NCBI RefSeq assembly: GCF_902459465.1
Contig: NC_047066.1
Location: forward strand, 6,200,001 to 6,264,000
Origin: Asterias rubens
Taxonomy: Eukaryota
Reading direction: 5' to 3'
DNA length: 64,000 nucleotides
A program made the position numbers and the translations under genes. The first letter of the stretch is position 1, and every line of letters starts with the position of its first letter. The notes beneath the pieces are model-generated. The model worked only from the letters and a program-made list of their open reading frames with translations. It did not search any database and had not been told where the DNA came from. Of this stretch, positions 48,801 to 59,705 are shown piece by piece.

Positions 48801-51800
48801 TTATCTCGCAACATTGACGACCAATTGAGCTCAAATTTTCACAGGTTCAATATTTTATGCATATGTTGAGATACACCAAGTGAAAAGACTGGTCTTTGAC
48901 AATTACCAATAGTGTCCCAGCCAATTTTCTATACCTTCCGCCTGGTTAGTAGTTAAAAAGCAGGAAAGTTCTTTTCAGAACTGAGAAGTCTCCCAAACTC
49001 CGTGGTAGTAGAATAAAGACATGCAGTTCTCTAAGAACAAACTCTACCTGGCAAGTAGATACACACATGGTGTTACCACAAACCAAATATATATTGATAC
49101 CTCACCATGCAATGCCTCGCATCCTAAATATTGTTATTGTTATAAATAATGTTTTAGCCTTCGAGAGAGACGATCGGGTTTAAAACGTCAGGCCACTAAC
49201 CAGTTTTTTAAATTAATACCATAGATCCTTCTGATAGATTTTCTCATTTTTATAAATACTTACAATGCTTTGCATTGCTTAATAAAGCTTCCATTGAGCA
49301 CATTTAGCGGAAGTTCTCTGTATTTCCAGTCCTCCGCTTTCTCCTTGTCAGAGTCCACATTGGACCTGTGCTCCATCGTCTGCAAATGTTGGCGAAGATT
49401 CCCTCGATGGGGAAATTGCTCTTGGCAGTAATGGCAGTAGTAGGCAGAGGGCGACTTGCTCGCTGATAGGACTTCATCCAATGTTCTGACTGTTTGAAAC
49501 AAAAATGCAAAAACAAGCGATTGTATCGAATTAACACATTTTGTCCATCAATGATAAAATGCTTTATTACACAGGGCGAACTGTTTGTTTCTACCCGCAC
49601 GATACATATGCTGCCCCAGTGCAGATGAAGCAACAAGCTTAGGAAAGATGTGCATTAGTGCATTCATGTTGGACAACTTATGTTTTCCCGGGGCAAATTG
49701 TTTTTACATCGCTTTGTTTGACAGTCCTCTTTATGCACAAATATTGTTTGGGTTTACAGTTAGCCAATAGGGGTGTAGTAGGACAACATTCAGCCAATCC
49801 CAAAGATGAATTTAGACAGTTCCTAAGATTCAGGTCTTGGAGACTGCGTTATTATTTTGTGTATATAAGACTCAGACTTGGGCTAAAAAGACTAACTGTT
49901 CAGGATGGAAATAAATGTAGCATTGCATTGAATTTATTGCATGGAAAAGAAACAAGTAAATTAAGGCCCAGTCACACAGGCCTCGATAACAAGAATGAAA
50001 ACGAGAACGTTAAGAATGCACAACCTAAATTGGTTGAATAAGCTTGGGCATATTCTGCGTGGGCGAATTCAACCAATAGAATGCGTTCTCTTTGCGTCGT
50101 TATAGTTGTTGTTTTCGATATTGCTGCAGTGTGACTCGGCCTTTATACTTATATTGCAAAGAGAAGAGGGTTTTGCCCCATTGTTTCTGACAGTCAAAAA
50201 CATTTCTTTGAAGTTTTTCTTTTAAATAATCGCTTTGAGACACCCGGAAAGCGCTATACATAAAAAGAGAGACCTGAAAATACCACTTCTCGCTGGAATC
50301 ACTTACATCGGTTTTTGGCCATGTAAATCCAAAGTTCAATTTCCTCCAAATGATGTGGGTATGTACATGAATCTGCTTGCCTACATTCATCTCCGTATTT
50401 GCACAAGGTTGGAGTTGTCATTGGGTTGAGCGAAGGGGGGCGTGGTCGAACCTGGCACCATGATTGTTTACTCTCATAGTACGAGACCATTTGATTGGAT
50501 GTACTCTGACTGCCGTCACAGTTGACATACTGCAGAGTTTGCAGCAGTTTTGGAACAGTGGAGATATCAGGATGACAGTTTGTTGTGCAACATAACTGGG
50601 CGATTTTAAATGAATTGACGTTGTGCTCAACTTGGTACTGCCAAACTTTCAGCTCAACCTGTTGGAAGCAAGGACAATCAATTACTAGAGACATTTAAGT
50701 TTTCTTTTTCGATGGTAACAGCCAACCACTTCGAAAATAGAGAGATGGCTGGGATTTTCTCGTTTGTCTAGAAAGTAATGGAAGCCGCTGAAAACTTCTG
50801 AGCTGGGAGAGCATCAAAATATGTGCTTCATTCGAGGAATATATTTAATATTATTATTATTACAAAGATTTATTGAGCGCTTCCCAAGTAGACCAATGCA
50901 CTTTACTATAAAAACTACATGCAAAGTACAAGAAACCAGAATATACAAAAGCACAAAAACTAAGAAAAACGTACGTATAAAACATTTAAAAGCAATTGAC
51001 AGAAACAACATTCTTAAAACAACAGTACAGAAAAATTTCAGTTTGTTTCCAGCCAGGATTTTTATTTATTTTTTTTAATCAAAATATTGATCAATCGAGT
51101 CACCCCTTTACCTTGTTATGAGCCCGTCTGCAGGAGTTCCCTTGTATGCATCCAGACTGCTTGTCCATATTCGGACAAAGTTTCAGCGACTTCTTCAAAG
51201 TATTCCGAGGCAGTTGTCTGATCTTCAGGTACCTAATCTTTCCCTCCTTCATGTCCAGAATGTGGCCCAACACCTTGTTAGGCTCCCACGGATGTTCTAG
51301 CGGCGAACTGCAATGTGGGCCGATGGGAGACTTGACACTCGTGATTGGTGGGGAGCTGTCGTGACACTTCTCGCACAGCTGTGTGAAGTGTCCTCCCGCT
51401 TCTGACTTCAACCTCTTGAAGGCTTCTTTGACTGAACCACTGATCGGCAACCTGTGGTTTGTCTTTCCATTGTTTCTATACAAAAAGAACAAATGTGGTT
51501 ATACTTTGTATTTACTTATTATTTATTATTAGTTGTTTTATATGAATTTTGGTTTTACCCATACACATGGATGTGTGTTTATAGCACTGTGTGTACCGAG
51601 TACTTTTCCAAAGCTCTTAGAAAAAAATCACAGGCTTGTGGGATTCGAACCCATGCAGGATCTTTACATCTAGAGCAGTGTTTAACCAATTAGACCACCA
51701 AGAGGCAGTTCGAATCCTTACTGGTTGAAGTTGTGAAATCCAAAGAATTACTGGACCCTTGCGTGACGGCACAGCGCACTTACACTTAACTTTCCTGGGC

Positions 51801-54315
51801 TCGATTTCACAAGGCAAAATAAATCCATCATAAGAGAAATTGTCAGTATCACCATAGTGATTTGTATTGTGATATCACACTTTACTAAACAGCTACGATT
51901 GATTTGCAGTTACTATCAATCTTTAATATTTGTGAAAACGACCCCTGCCCCCACTTGGGGAGTAAAAATGTTGACCAAGGAATTCAGGCACAGGAATGGT
52001 GGGAACTGGTGCAAATAGTAGAACTCACTTTTTGAGGCGAAGAGAGTTGAACAGGGAATAGAAACTTATCGGTTTGCACAAAAGGGTGACCCAGTGGATT
52101 ATAATGCATGATATTTTCATGTTCAAAAACAAAAAGCTATTCGAGGAGATTTTGTTAAATTAAAAAATCAAAATAATAATTTGAAAAAAATGGTGAGCTA
52201 AAATTTTTTTTTTAAAACGCACCTCATTTCGTTTTTCTTGGGCCCTTGTCTGGTCTGACCAGATGTTGGCAGAGTCCAGGGGGAACTTTCCGATGCTGCT
52301 TCGTGCTGATTCCTGAAACTCTTATTTGGAGACCGTTTGGGCGATTTGACAGACGTAGATTTTGGTCCACCGTTGACGCTTGGAGATGATTTTAGAGGTT
52401 CAGGTCCTCTGTTGTCCTTTTGAGATGATGGGAGTGGTTTAGGCCTCCCGGTGTTGCTGGGAGATGATTGAAGAGATTTAGGTGTCCCACTCTTGTTGGA
52501 AGACCAGTTACTAGAAGGTTTAGGCCTCCCTCTGTCGTTGAGAGGTGAGTGAGAAGATATGGGTCCTCCGTTGTCGTTTGGAGATGATTGTAGAGTTTTA
52601 GGTCTCCCACTCTTGTTGGAAGATGAGTTGTTGGAAGATGAGTTACTAATAGGTTTAGGCCTCCCTCTGTCGTTGAGAGGTGAGTGAGAAGATTTGGGTC
52701 CTCCGTTGTCGTTTGGAGATGATTGTAGAGTTTTAGGTCTCCCACTCTTGTTGGAAGATGAGTTACTAATAGGTTTAGGCCTCTCATTGTTGTCGGGAGG
52801 CGAGTGAGGAGGGTTAGGTCCTCCGTCGTTGTAGGGAAATGACCGAAGAGGTTTAGGTCCTCCCTTGTCACAAGATTCTCCTTCACTCATGTCCGGCAAA
52901 ACAGTGTAAGAGTTATGTGATGTAAAGGATTGTTGGTGTACATCTGTAAGTAAAAAATTTCAGTAAAGTCAATATTTTTCCCCAAACAATTTCTTTCACC
53001 TCGTGAGCATTCCCATCAACATTGCAAAATGGCCTTTTTTGTACAACTACGTCCTGGAATTTCCTAGAAGGGTTTTCAAATGAAAATCTGTCCAAATTTG
53101 TTCAACAGACAATGCACAAGGCCTATCTGGCAATAAAAAAAACCTCTGTAAAATAAAAAAGAAGAACGAGAACAAAATGCATATTATGTTGTTTACTTGG
53201 ACATTTCAAATGGAACATTTTGTATGGAGGACTCAGGAGTAATGCTTATGTGAACTTGGTAATCAGTGAGCAACGTTCTTTCTTAACAATACCGGAGTCC
53301 TCTGGCCAAATGCTACCGAAGACCAGTTAAAGTTAATAAACCACAGAAGTAACCAAAAGAGTAATTTTTAGAGTTATTTTGGATTGAACCATTTTTTTTT
53401 ACTTGAAGTGAACCTGAACCTGATACCTCCGGGGCAATCTTGCCCTAATTTTTTTTGCCATCACACTTTCTTTTTCCGACCTCTTTAAACAAATTATTAT
53501 GAGACTCTTAGATCTAACTCTGTTATTATTTAGATGGATACAAATCACTTACTCATTCCACTACGCAATGGAGAAATGCTGGATGACTCAGGAGGCTGAA
53601 AACCAATATACAGAAAAGAGTAAAACAAATGGGCACTTCAACAATCTAAATGTTACTAAATTAGTGTCAAGCAATCATTTTTTGTTTATTTTGACCCCCC
53701 CCCCAAAGAAAGCAAAATAATAGTAATAATAATATTTGACTTGTGTCTATCAGTAACACCAGCTAGAATATCTTCTGATCCTGTCTCCATCATGGAAACA
53801 TTTACTGAATTTTTAACTGGATTCAATGTCAGGAAACACAGAGAAATCTCAGAAGTACAAAATGCTAGTAAAAAAGCACAAAAAATAATAAAAATCACAA
53901 AGATAATATTAAAACTATTTACAAATAAATAGATGTATATTAACATTTAATTTGTTTTGAATACTTAACCACACGGGGCTGAATGGGTAAATTAAAATTG
54001 TTTGAATATTGTTTTAACAACTAGTGTTGGGCAGTGGCAAAGCTAGATATCAGCAATACCTGTTATGATGCTTTGTTCTTGTAAGGGCAGGGCAGTTTTT
54101 TTAATAAACAAAAAGAACTTTATGAAAGAAACTCAATTTTTGCAATTGTAATAAATGATGTAAGGGGCACTAAAAAAGCAACTATGAGGCCAAGAATGTT
54201 TCAAGGGGCACCAATGCAATGACAAGGGGCATGGAGGCAACTGCCTCTGTCGCCTCCATTAAAATCATTGACATACCTCATTATCTTTCTTGGATGACGA
54301 CTGGCTATGTGCCAT
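21991..54315 (-). CDS. HELZ2: HELZ2-like RNA helicase/3'-5' exoribonuclease (Zn fingers + UPF1-like helicase + RNB + UPF1-like helicase), 29 coding exons, about 3586 aa
   Basis: Exons (minus): 54315-54277, 53595-53553, 52943-52223, 51475-51112, 50658-50307, 49489-49264, 48636-48450, 47645-47523, 47135-46887, 46343-46075, 45754-45562, 44908-44670, 44271-44029, 43742-43391, 42888-42622, 41938-41831, 40722-40647, 39660-39410, 38698-33861, 32068-31980, 30733-30596, 28894-28751, 28481-28198, 26807-26611, 25707-25605, 24533-24300, 24108-23949, 23095-22928, 22094-21991. All GT..AG with compatible phases, summing to 10761 nt. Motifs: helicase 1 GPFGTGKT/DEAGQ/GDHMQ/NVQGKQF/NTAFTRAQ; RNB TVDNPETQDLDDALS and FTSPIRRYIDIVVHR; helicase 2 GPPGTGKT/DEAGM/GDHKQL/QYRMH/SQGREWD/NVALTRAK. 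The start ATG has strong Kozak context (AAGATGG) and an in-frame upstream TGA. The two small N-terminal exons are the least certain. Confidence 0.92.
23166..23465. mobile_element. Family A MITE copy, right end truncated
   Basis: Left TIR and core are present. Confidence 0.75.
23515..23881. mobile_element. Family D MITE (TTAAAGGGATACGTTGCCTTGG TIR)
   Basis: Inverted termini; homologous copy at 62147-62535. Confidence 0.8.
25221..25532. mobile_element. Family A MITE copy with internal deletions
   Basis: Both TIRs recognisable. Confidence 0.8.
26545..26586. repeat. (ATT)n microsatellite
   Basis: About 14 perfect trinucleotide units just downstream of a HELZ2 donor site. Confidence 0.95.
29746..30115. 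mobile_element. Family B MITE
   Basis: TTAAAGCCATTGGAC ... CCAATGGCTTTAA. Confidence 0.82.
30112..30557. mobile_element. Family C MITE (TTAAAGGGTTTGGGTACTTTTTGT TIR)
   Basis: Shares its left TTAA with the preceding family B copy. Related copies at about 46541-46876 and 47756-47910. Confidence 0.8.
30769..30811. repeat. (ATTT)n microsatellite
   Basis: About 10 tetranucleotide units. Confidence 0.92.
33056..33250. repeat. Imperfect duplication, about 128-bp period
   Basis: ATTCAAGGAGTATTCA...TTCACTGTGTCCTTG...CACAGCTG...TTACTGTTT x2. Confidence 0.75.
33452..33823. mobile_element. Family A MITE copy (inverted relative to 6854)
   Basis: TIRs and core; ends about 37 nt from the donor of the giant HELZ2 exon. 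Confidence 0.8.
33861..38698 (-). CDS. HELZ2: HELZ2 giant exon (4838 nt): PAM2, acidic linker, ESIAKV repeats, cold-shock domains, RNB exoribonuclease domain
   Basis: Matches the 1596-aa ORF 33857..38647. Acceptor ccaaacag|GGA at 38698, donor AG|GTGAGT at 33861. RNase II-family catalytic D-x5-D-x-D-D at 36292-36263. Confidence 0.95.
37283..38359 (-). repeat. Coding higher-order tandem repeat (12 ESIAKV-headed units; 78+102 nt dimer = 180 nt period)
   Basis: Units ESIAKVTIQKKPSDGDVGDHGQGDGP and ESIAKVAIQKKGENEDVGQLQGDMDVGRQGPDGL alternate in three near-identical dimers, then diverge. Confidence 0.95.
40168..40486. repeat. Degenerate minisatellite, about 22-bp unit (TTATTATTCTAGAGGTAAAACAA)
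   Basis: About 14 imperfect copies in a HELZ2 intron. Confidence 0.85.
41971..42352. mobile_element. Family A MITE copy
   Basis: Both TIRs and TTAA flanks; about 30 nt from the acceptor of exon 41938-41831. Confidence 0.82.
44366..44640. mobile_element. Family A MITE, partial
   Basis: Core plus one TIR ending in TTAA. Confidence 0.75.
45333..45489. mobile_element. 157-bp TGT...ACA TIR element (Ginger-like, non-autonomous) inside a tRNA-derived SINE head
   Basis: About 38-nt imperfect TIRs; 4-nt flanks TCGG/CCAG. Confidence 0.6.
48450..51475 (-). other. Zinc-finger cluster of HELZ2 (three CCCH + one C2H2/matrin-type), spread over 4 exons
   Basis: CPNMDKQSGCIQGNSCRRAH (C-x8-C-x5-C-x3-H); CKYGDECRQADSCTYPH; CHYCQEQFPHRGNLRQHLQTMEH; CKAL|VEGGTCLLGESSCTDAH (spans a splice junction). 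Confidence 0.85.
48686..48920. mobile_element. Family A MITE, partial
   Basis: Core plus one TIR. Confidence 0.75.
52350..52865 (-). repeat. Coding tandem repeat, about 13 units of 13-14 aa (G[GR]PKxxxSxxxxx), trimeric about 120-nt higher-order period
   Basis: For example GRPKTLQSSPNDN / GGPKSSHSPLNDR / GRPKPISNSSSNKS, repeated in the HELZ2 N-terminal exon. Confidence 0.9.
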
Positions 54316-54496
54316 CTTGGTGGATGTGGAGTGATGAACACTGAACAGCTTAAATTTTAGTGTAGTCTTTCAAATCTGGCAAAAACATTAACAAGAAAAA
54401 AGTTCTTATCACTAAAGTTGCAAATGATGTGTACATATAAAAAGCATTATAAAATAATGAAAGCCCATTTTCTTTTAAAAGGCCACACCTCACATT

Positions 54497-54810
54497 TTAA
54501 AGGCACTTTTGGTAACGAGTAATGGAGAGCTGTTGATAGTGTAAAACATTGTGAGAAAACGGCTCTCTCTGAAGTAACATTTTAAGAAAGAAGTAATTTC
54601 TCACTTAAATGTTTGATTTGAATTCAAGGCATCTGAAAGCACACAACTTGTACGACAAGGTTGGTTTTTTCTTCCACTATTCTCTCGCAACTTTGACAAC
54701 CATTTGAGTCCAAATCTTCACAGGTTTATTATTTTATGCATATGTTGAGATACACCAAGTGAGAATACTGGTCTTTGACAACATTACCAAAGTTGTCCGG
54801 TGCCTCTAAA
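54497..54810. mobile_element. Family A MITE copy, degenerate
   Basis: Degenerate TIRs and core. Confidence 0.75.
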
Positions 54811-55458
54811 GCCAATAAAATCCATTGAAAACTACTGAAGTTGGAGACCTGTACATTATGAAGCCATTCAATATTTAAAAAAAAAAAAAAAAAAAAATGA
54901 AAGTTGAAGGGTGGGTGCATGTCAAACAATAAACAAATTATTTATAACAGTTGTAATCATTGTTTATTCTGAATTGCCCGAAGCAGAAAAATCAACAAAA
55001 TTTTAAAGACTGCGATTATTCTTTTGATGAATGCTTAGACAAAATACTATACTAATTAATAAAGGTTTCATTTCATTAATTAACTTCACAACAGTACAGT
55101 AATAAAGACGATCAGGAAGACACAAACTGATCAACTGTTTAAAAAATGGTAGCATCCCTGCAGGATTAAAATAAAATTTAAAAAAGTAAACTTAGGCCTG
55201 AGCTTTTGCTTGACAAAAGAGCGGCAATAAGAGCAAACTTTTGATTTAAGTTTGACACTGACCATGATGTTACAATTAAAGAAACAACAAACATTAGTAG
55301 AGGTCATTATTAAATACATATGGGCCTACTACTGAGAAAATGGCTTACAAATCAATTCAATTCATTGAAACATTATTTCCATTCTCACAATAAGAAAAGA
55401 CAAAATCATTAGGACAAATTGATAGTCGTACAATAAGGGAGTCAATGTGTGGTGAAGA

Positions 55459-55578
55459 GGTTTTCAACTAGTGGTTTAAACCCGCCGAGGCCTGGTTCTT
55501 GATAATTTTACCAAGACGAAGTCGAGGTAAATTATCAAGAACCAGGCCTCGGCTGGTTTAAACCACTAGTTGAAAACC
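55459..55578. repeat. Long inverted repeat (about 50-bp arms), probable MITE core
   Basis: GGTTTTCAACTAGTGGTTTAAACC...CTTGATAATTT / AAATTATCAAG...GGTTTAAACCACTAGTTGAAAACC. Confidence 0.85.
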
Positions 55579-56516
55579 AATTCAACACACTTTGATTCCC
55601 AATCATAAGTACCTTTTCAGCAAAAAAATGTCAACACTTTTTGGTCAAAAAGTAAAATAAATGCAAAAATTATAATTGTTCATTGATTTCTTTCAACACA
55701 ACACCCCTCCAGCTATGAAATGGTAAGGCCCTCGGGTAAACAATGCCTTATTAGGAGATTGCTGTGCGCATCGCGCGTATCGCGTGATGTGGCACAACTG
55801 TCACGGTTGTTGCTCTCTTATTATAAGCACAGATGCAAGCTGGCCTGTCACGCCCATGTTTCAACACTTTTTACTGGTCATTATCAAAGGTTTAAACCCC
55901 CCATGTGACGCGCTCTCCACCAATAGGAATAGCGAAACTAACTTAGGTATTTATGAATGTAAAATAAAAAAACAATTAAAAAAAAAACCACGAAAATCTT
56001 GTTTTAAAACCACTCACTATCAAAAGAGTAAATTCTAGCTTTGTAGTTGAACCTACCCAATAACGCCCACTTTCAATTTCGTCATTCATCCCCATCAATG
56101 GTCGAGCAGTAAATATTGCGCACTCAATAACAGTGACTCAATCCTAAGGTTTTAATAGAAAACTGGTTTTCCCCATTCTATTCAATGATTTCAACATACC
56201 CAAGGGTCAAGTGTTGACTACATCAGAATTGCCACTGTCATGTGCCAGTCGGCCTATGCGCATGAGCAGACATACTGGGAATTCCCCAGCATTGCAGTCT
56301 GTGTGTTGCAACATTGCTTTTTAAAAATCCACCCAACCTGCAACTGAGTGAAGCACCAATGTTGATGTAGTAGGCCTATAAAATATAACCTTTTCGCACA
56401 CTGAGATTTCATCACGCCTACACAAACTGTGGCTTTTAAATTTACTGAATGGGTTGTTTATAAACATTGGTGTGTGCTTCCTTTACAAAATGTTAGTTGC
56501 GCTAATGTTCGGATTT

Positions 56517-56624
56517 GCTGTGATGGAGCTGGATTGAGTTTTTTTAAATATTGGGTGTGTGAATTTCTGTGCTGTGATGGAGCTGGATTGAGTTTTTTTA
56601 AATATTGGGTGTGTGAATTTCTGT
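56517..56624. repeat. Perfect 54-bp tandem duplication
   Basis: GCTGTGATGGAGCTGG...GAATTTCTGT x2. Confidence 0.9.
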
Positions 56625-58490
56625 CTTTAAAAAAACCCAGTTTATTGTAATTAAAGGATTTAAAATTAAATGGAGATAATGGAATGAAAAAATCAATTGC
56701 GTAATTCTGTTTTAATGTGGGTGCATTTTATTCTACTGATGGGGGTCTGTGTGAATCAAATTAATATGTGATTGCTGAACAAAACAAAGTTTGTAGTATT
56801 GTTCTTATTTATCTGGTCAACCTAGGAAAAAACTGCTATCGTAGTGCAAGGACATTCTATCCTCATGCAGACAAAAATACGGCAAATCTGGTATAATTGA
56901 AAAAAGAAGTTGAAAACGTTTAAACCCCATGGCGTGTTGTAACTGTCCAGTCTACAGACGACCATTAGAAGGATCGAGAGCTACAATTTTCCTAAAATGT
57001 GAATTTTTTGTAGATGCACGCTCAATGCTTGAATTGATTATGCAAAAAGATGATAATAACCACGCAGCAGTCAGTCATCCAGTAATGGTAATAGAGAGGT
57101 TTGGCAAGCGTGCGGATACAGAATACAGATACGGATATGATAACCGTATCCGTTCATGTCAGCCGCGTGTTGGATTTTGTTCCGCAAGATGTCACTTGAT
57201 TGCGCTCGCAATCATCACAAGTGTTTTTCCCGACAAGCATGACCTATAGAGAACCCGTGTTTTATATACTGCATTTTCTCATCGTTTTGCTTGCAAATGA
57301 CTAACAATTTTCTAACCTAAATTTATATCAAGCACGATACCAGTGAAAGCAATTCTATGGGAAATGTTTTTGATCTGTGACAAAAAGACAAATAAAGTCT
57401 GCAAAACAGTATCCATTTTTCTACTGCGTGTATGAGCTCCTGTATCCGTTGCTTACGTGTGTGCAAAATACGATAGTCAGATACGCGTCACGTGCACACA
57501 CAAGTGTTGGTATCTGTATGTGTATCCTATTTTCCAGGAACTGGAGTTAATGGTTTATGGACATTAGTAAAAAAAAAAAATTGGTTTTGGAATTTTTATG
57601 TTTTTTGTTATGCATGAATGCTAACTGTTAGCGTTATGATTCACAAAAGTTTCAAGAAAAATTTGTTAATTTTTTTTATTAAATGAAATACTGTTACTGT
57701 ATCTGACCACAATTTTTTTCAGATGTTATGACAAAAACAAATGGCATTCATCGGTACAAAACTGATAGGCCTACTGTTTTTGCTTTGGTCAAAATGAGTG
57801 TGGAAAATGGGTCAGTCCTTGATTCGACTTATTTACAACAAAAACACTGGTAATTGCTGTATATAAATTCAATTACTGAGAATGAAGTTAACGTGCTGAT
57901 GAACTATATTTATCTAAAAGCTACGATGTTGATTGTTGTTTGCCAAGTTACATGTATTGACTTCAAAAACAAGGAGTATTTTTGTTCTGGTAAAGTGACA
58001 CAGGTGACTGTCCAGGAGGGATTAATAGCACAATTCAAAAGTTATATAGCCCTGGTCAAAGATGTGCATGATTTGACCCCAAAATGGTACCAGTTCTCAC
58101 CACTTGTGTGGCCAACTCCGACTCGCATCGCCACGAGAATGGTACCCTAGCCCTGCGTGGTGGGGCTTTCTTCATCCCTCGTAGAATTCATGAATTGCCA
58201 ATGACAGATGACGTCCTAGTAGTGAGCTAAATGTATACATTTGCCAGTTTCACAGAACTACAAGGCTTCCACAACTCCTATGGCGAGCCCTCCATCATCC
58301 ATCGATCATGATAGGTAATTGTAGTCACGAAAACCGCAGGTAGGCCTAAACTTCGATGCCTCTCCGAGACAAACCAAAATGACGTGTCACGGATCGAGGT
58401 ACATTACAAAAACATTGCATCACCCATGAACAATTAAATCTTTGATTCATATATTATTTACTTGCAAATAATGTCAACAATATTACTCAC

Positions 58491-58560
58491 AGTCACAGTC
58501 ACGAAGACACGTCTGCTATCAGGCTGCAAGCAGTTCCCATCAAATGAAGAAAGGAGGCGT
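58491..58560 (-). other. Probable non-coding first exon of HELZ2
   Basis: Minus-strand donor GTGAGTAA immediately after 58491, next to a CpG-rich promoter-like region. The next exon (54375-54277) carries the ATG. The TSS is approximate. Confidence 0.55.
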
Positions 58561-59450
58561 GGATTTGCGTTGAAAACTGTGTATTTTCATTTCAAGCCGT
58601 ATAAAATTCGAGTCCGTCCGTCTAAAATGCAATATTAATATTAAATACCCTTGATATTGCACTTGCAGTGCATTATATCCTTTGCGCTCTATGCTGTAGT
58701 GCGCGCCCTGGATGGGGGAATCCCCAAACGTCATTGTTGATGACGCAACCAACTCAACCTACCCTGCGCGCGCAGCACGAAGCACGCAATACTTGTCTCA
58801 GGCACGTGGACGAACGCCATTGGTTAAAAGTTAATTATAATAATCCAAGACAACCCGCACCTGTCCTGAACATAATACAAAAGAATACTGTTTATATTTA
58901 GAAGTGTTTTTTGAAACAATCAATTACACAGCAATTACACAAAATATAATTTGTTGTTTGGTTATTTTGTATGCAAAAAAATAGTTGTTAGGCTGACGTA
59001 CGCGTCAGGCTAACAAACGTCATGACCTTTCGACCAGAGCAGCTCGAGTCTTTCTTGTTCAAAGCCTAAACAGATTTAGAGTTATAAACTATTGTTTACG
59101 GAAATACCACAGGTCCTATATTGTTGGTAGGTTGATTGTGCAACAGCTAATTATTATCTTCTCTGGTTATTTTTTTTTTTTTTTAATAAACTCACTAATA
59201 AATGGATTTGATTTCTATTCAAACAATTTATGCCTATGCAAAGCCAGTTAATTCAGTTTGAATAGAGCTAGCTGAACAGTCCAGGAATGGATGGACTCAG
59301 AAAAGGAGCAAGTGCAAGTTTCCGGTTTCTAACTTGGCTCATTCTTTTTCCCTACCCCTGATGAAAAATAATAATTCACATAGGGCGCCCTCTTGTGCTT
59401 GCGTGATGTGCCTGCGTGATGCGCCAGGGGCGGGATGTCAAAGCAGATAC
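58560..59450. promoter_or_regulatory. Putative bidirectional promoter, HELZ2 (-) / SEC14L-like (+)
   Basis: CpG-enriched interval between two divergent donor-terminated exons. Contains kappaB site GGGGAATCCC (58715-58724), TGACGCAA (58741-58748) and a CTCF-like motif (59385-59398). Confidence 0.6.
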
Positions 59451-59539
59451 GGTGACATTCCGTACAAAAAGTTACAAACTCCAGGCAGAGGAAGTTCGTA
59501 TCGATGTTGACTCGAAGTTTGAGTCGAACTTGTTAATTG
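59450..59539 (+). other. Probable non-coding first exon of the SEC14L-like gene
   Basis: GC/CpG-richer segment ending in a strong donor TG|GTAAGT at 59539/59540. The start coordinate is approximate. Confidence 0.55.
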
Positions 59540-59705
59540 GTAAGTTAGTTAAGTATCTACCTCGTTCTTTTCTGCATGATCCTCATTTGTTTTAGCGACG
59601 GTCAATGGGAACATTGCGAACTCGCTCAGAAATACTATTTTACTTGTGGGCATCGTTCGACCTTCAGAATTATGTTTTCTCTCCTCGGACCAAGGTTACA
59701 GATAT

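Noticed and set aside
52392-52886. 164-aa alternative-frame ORF (LLVTHLPT repeats)
   Set aside because: Same effect from the 39/120-nt coding repeat; splice phases support the GGPK frame.
52995-53148. Strong-looking acceptors (ttttacag, ttttattgccag) between HELZ2 coding exons 2 and 3
   Set aside because: All frames hit stops before a donor; not included without transcript evidence.
59316-59333. ISRE/IRF-like AGTTTCCGGTTTC in the shared promoter
   Set aside because: Spacing does not fit AGTTTCNNTTTC; too weak to call.
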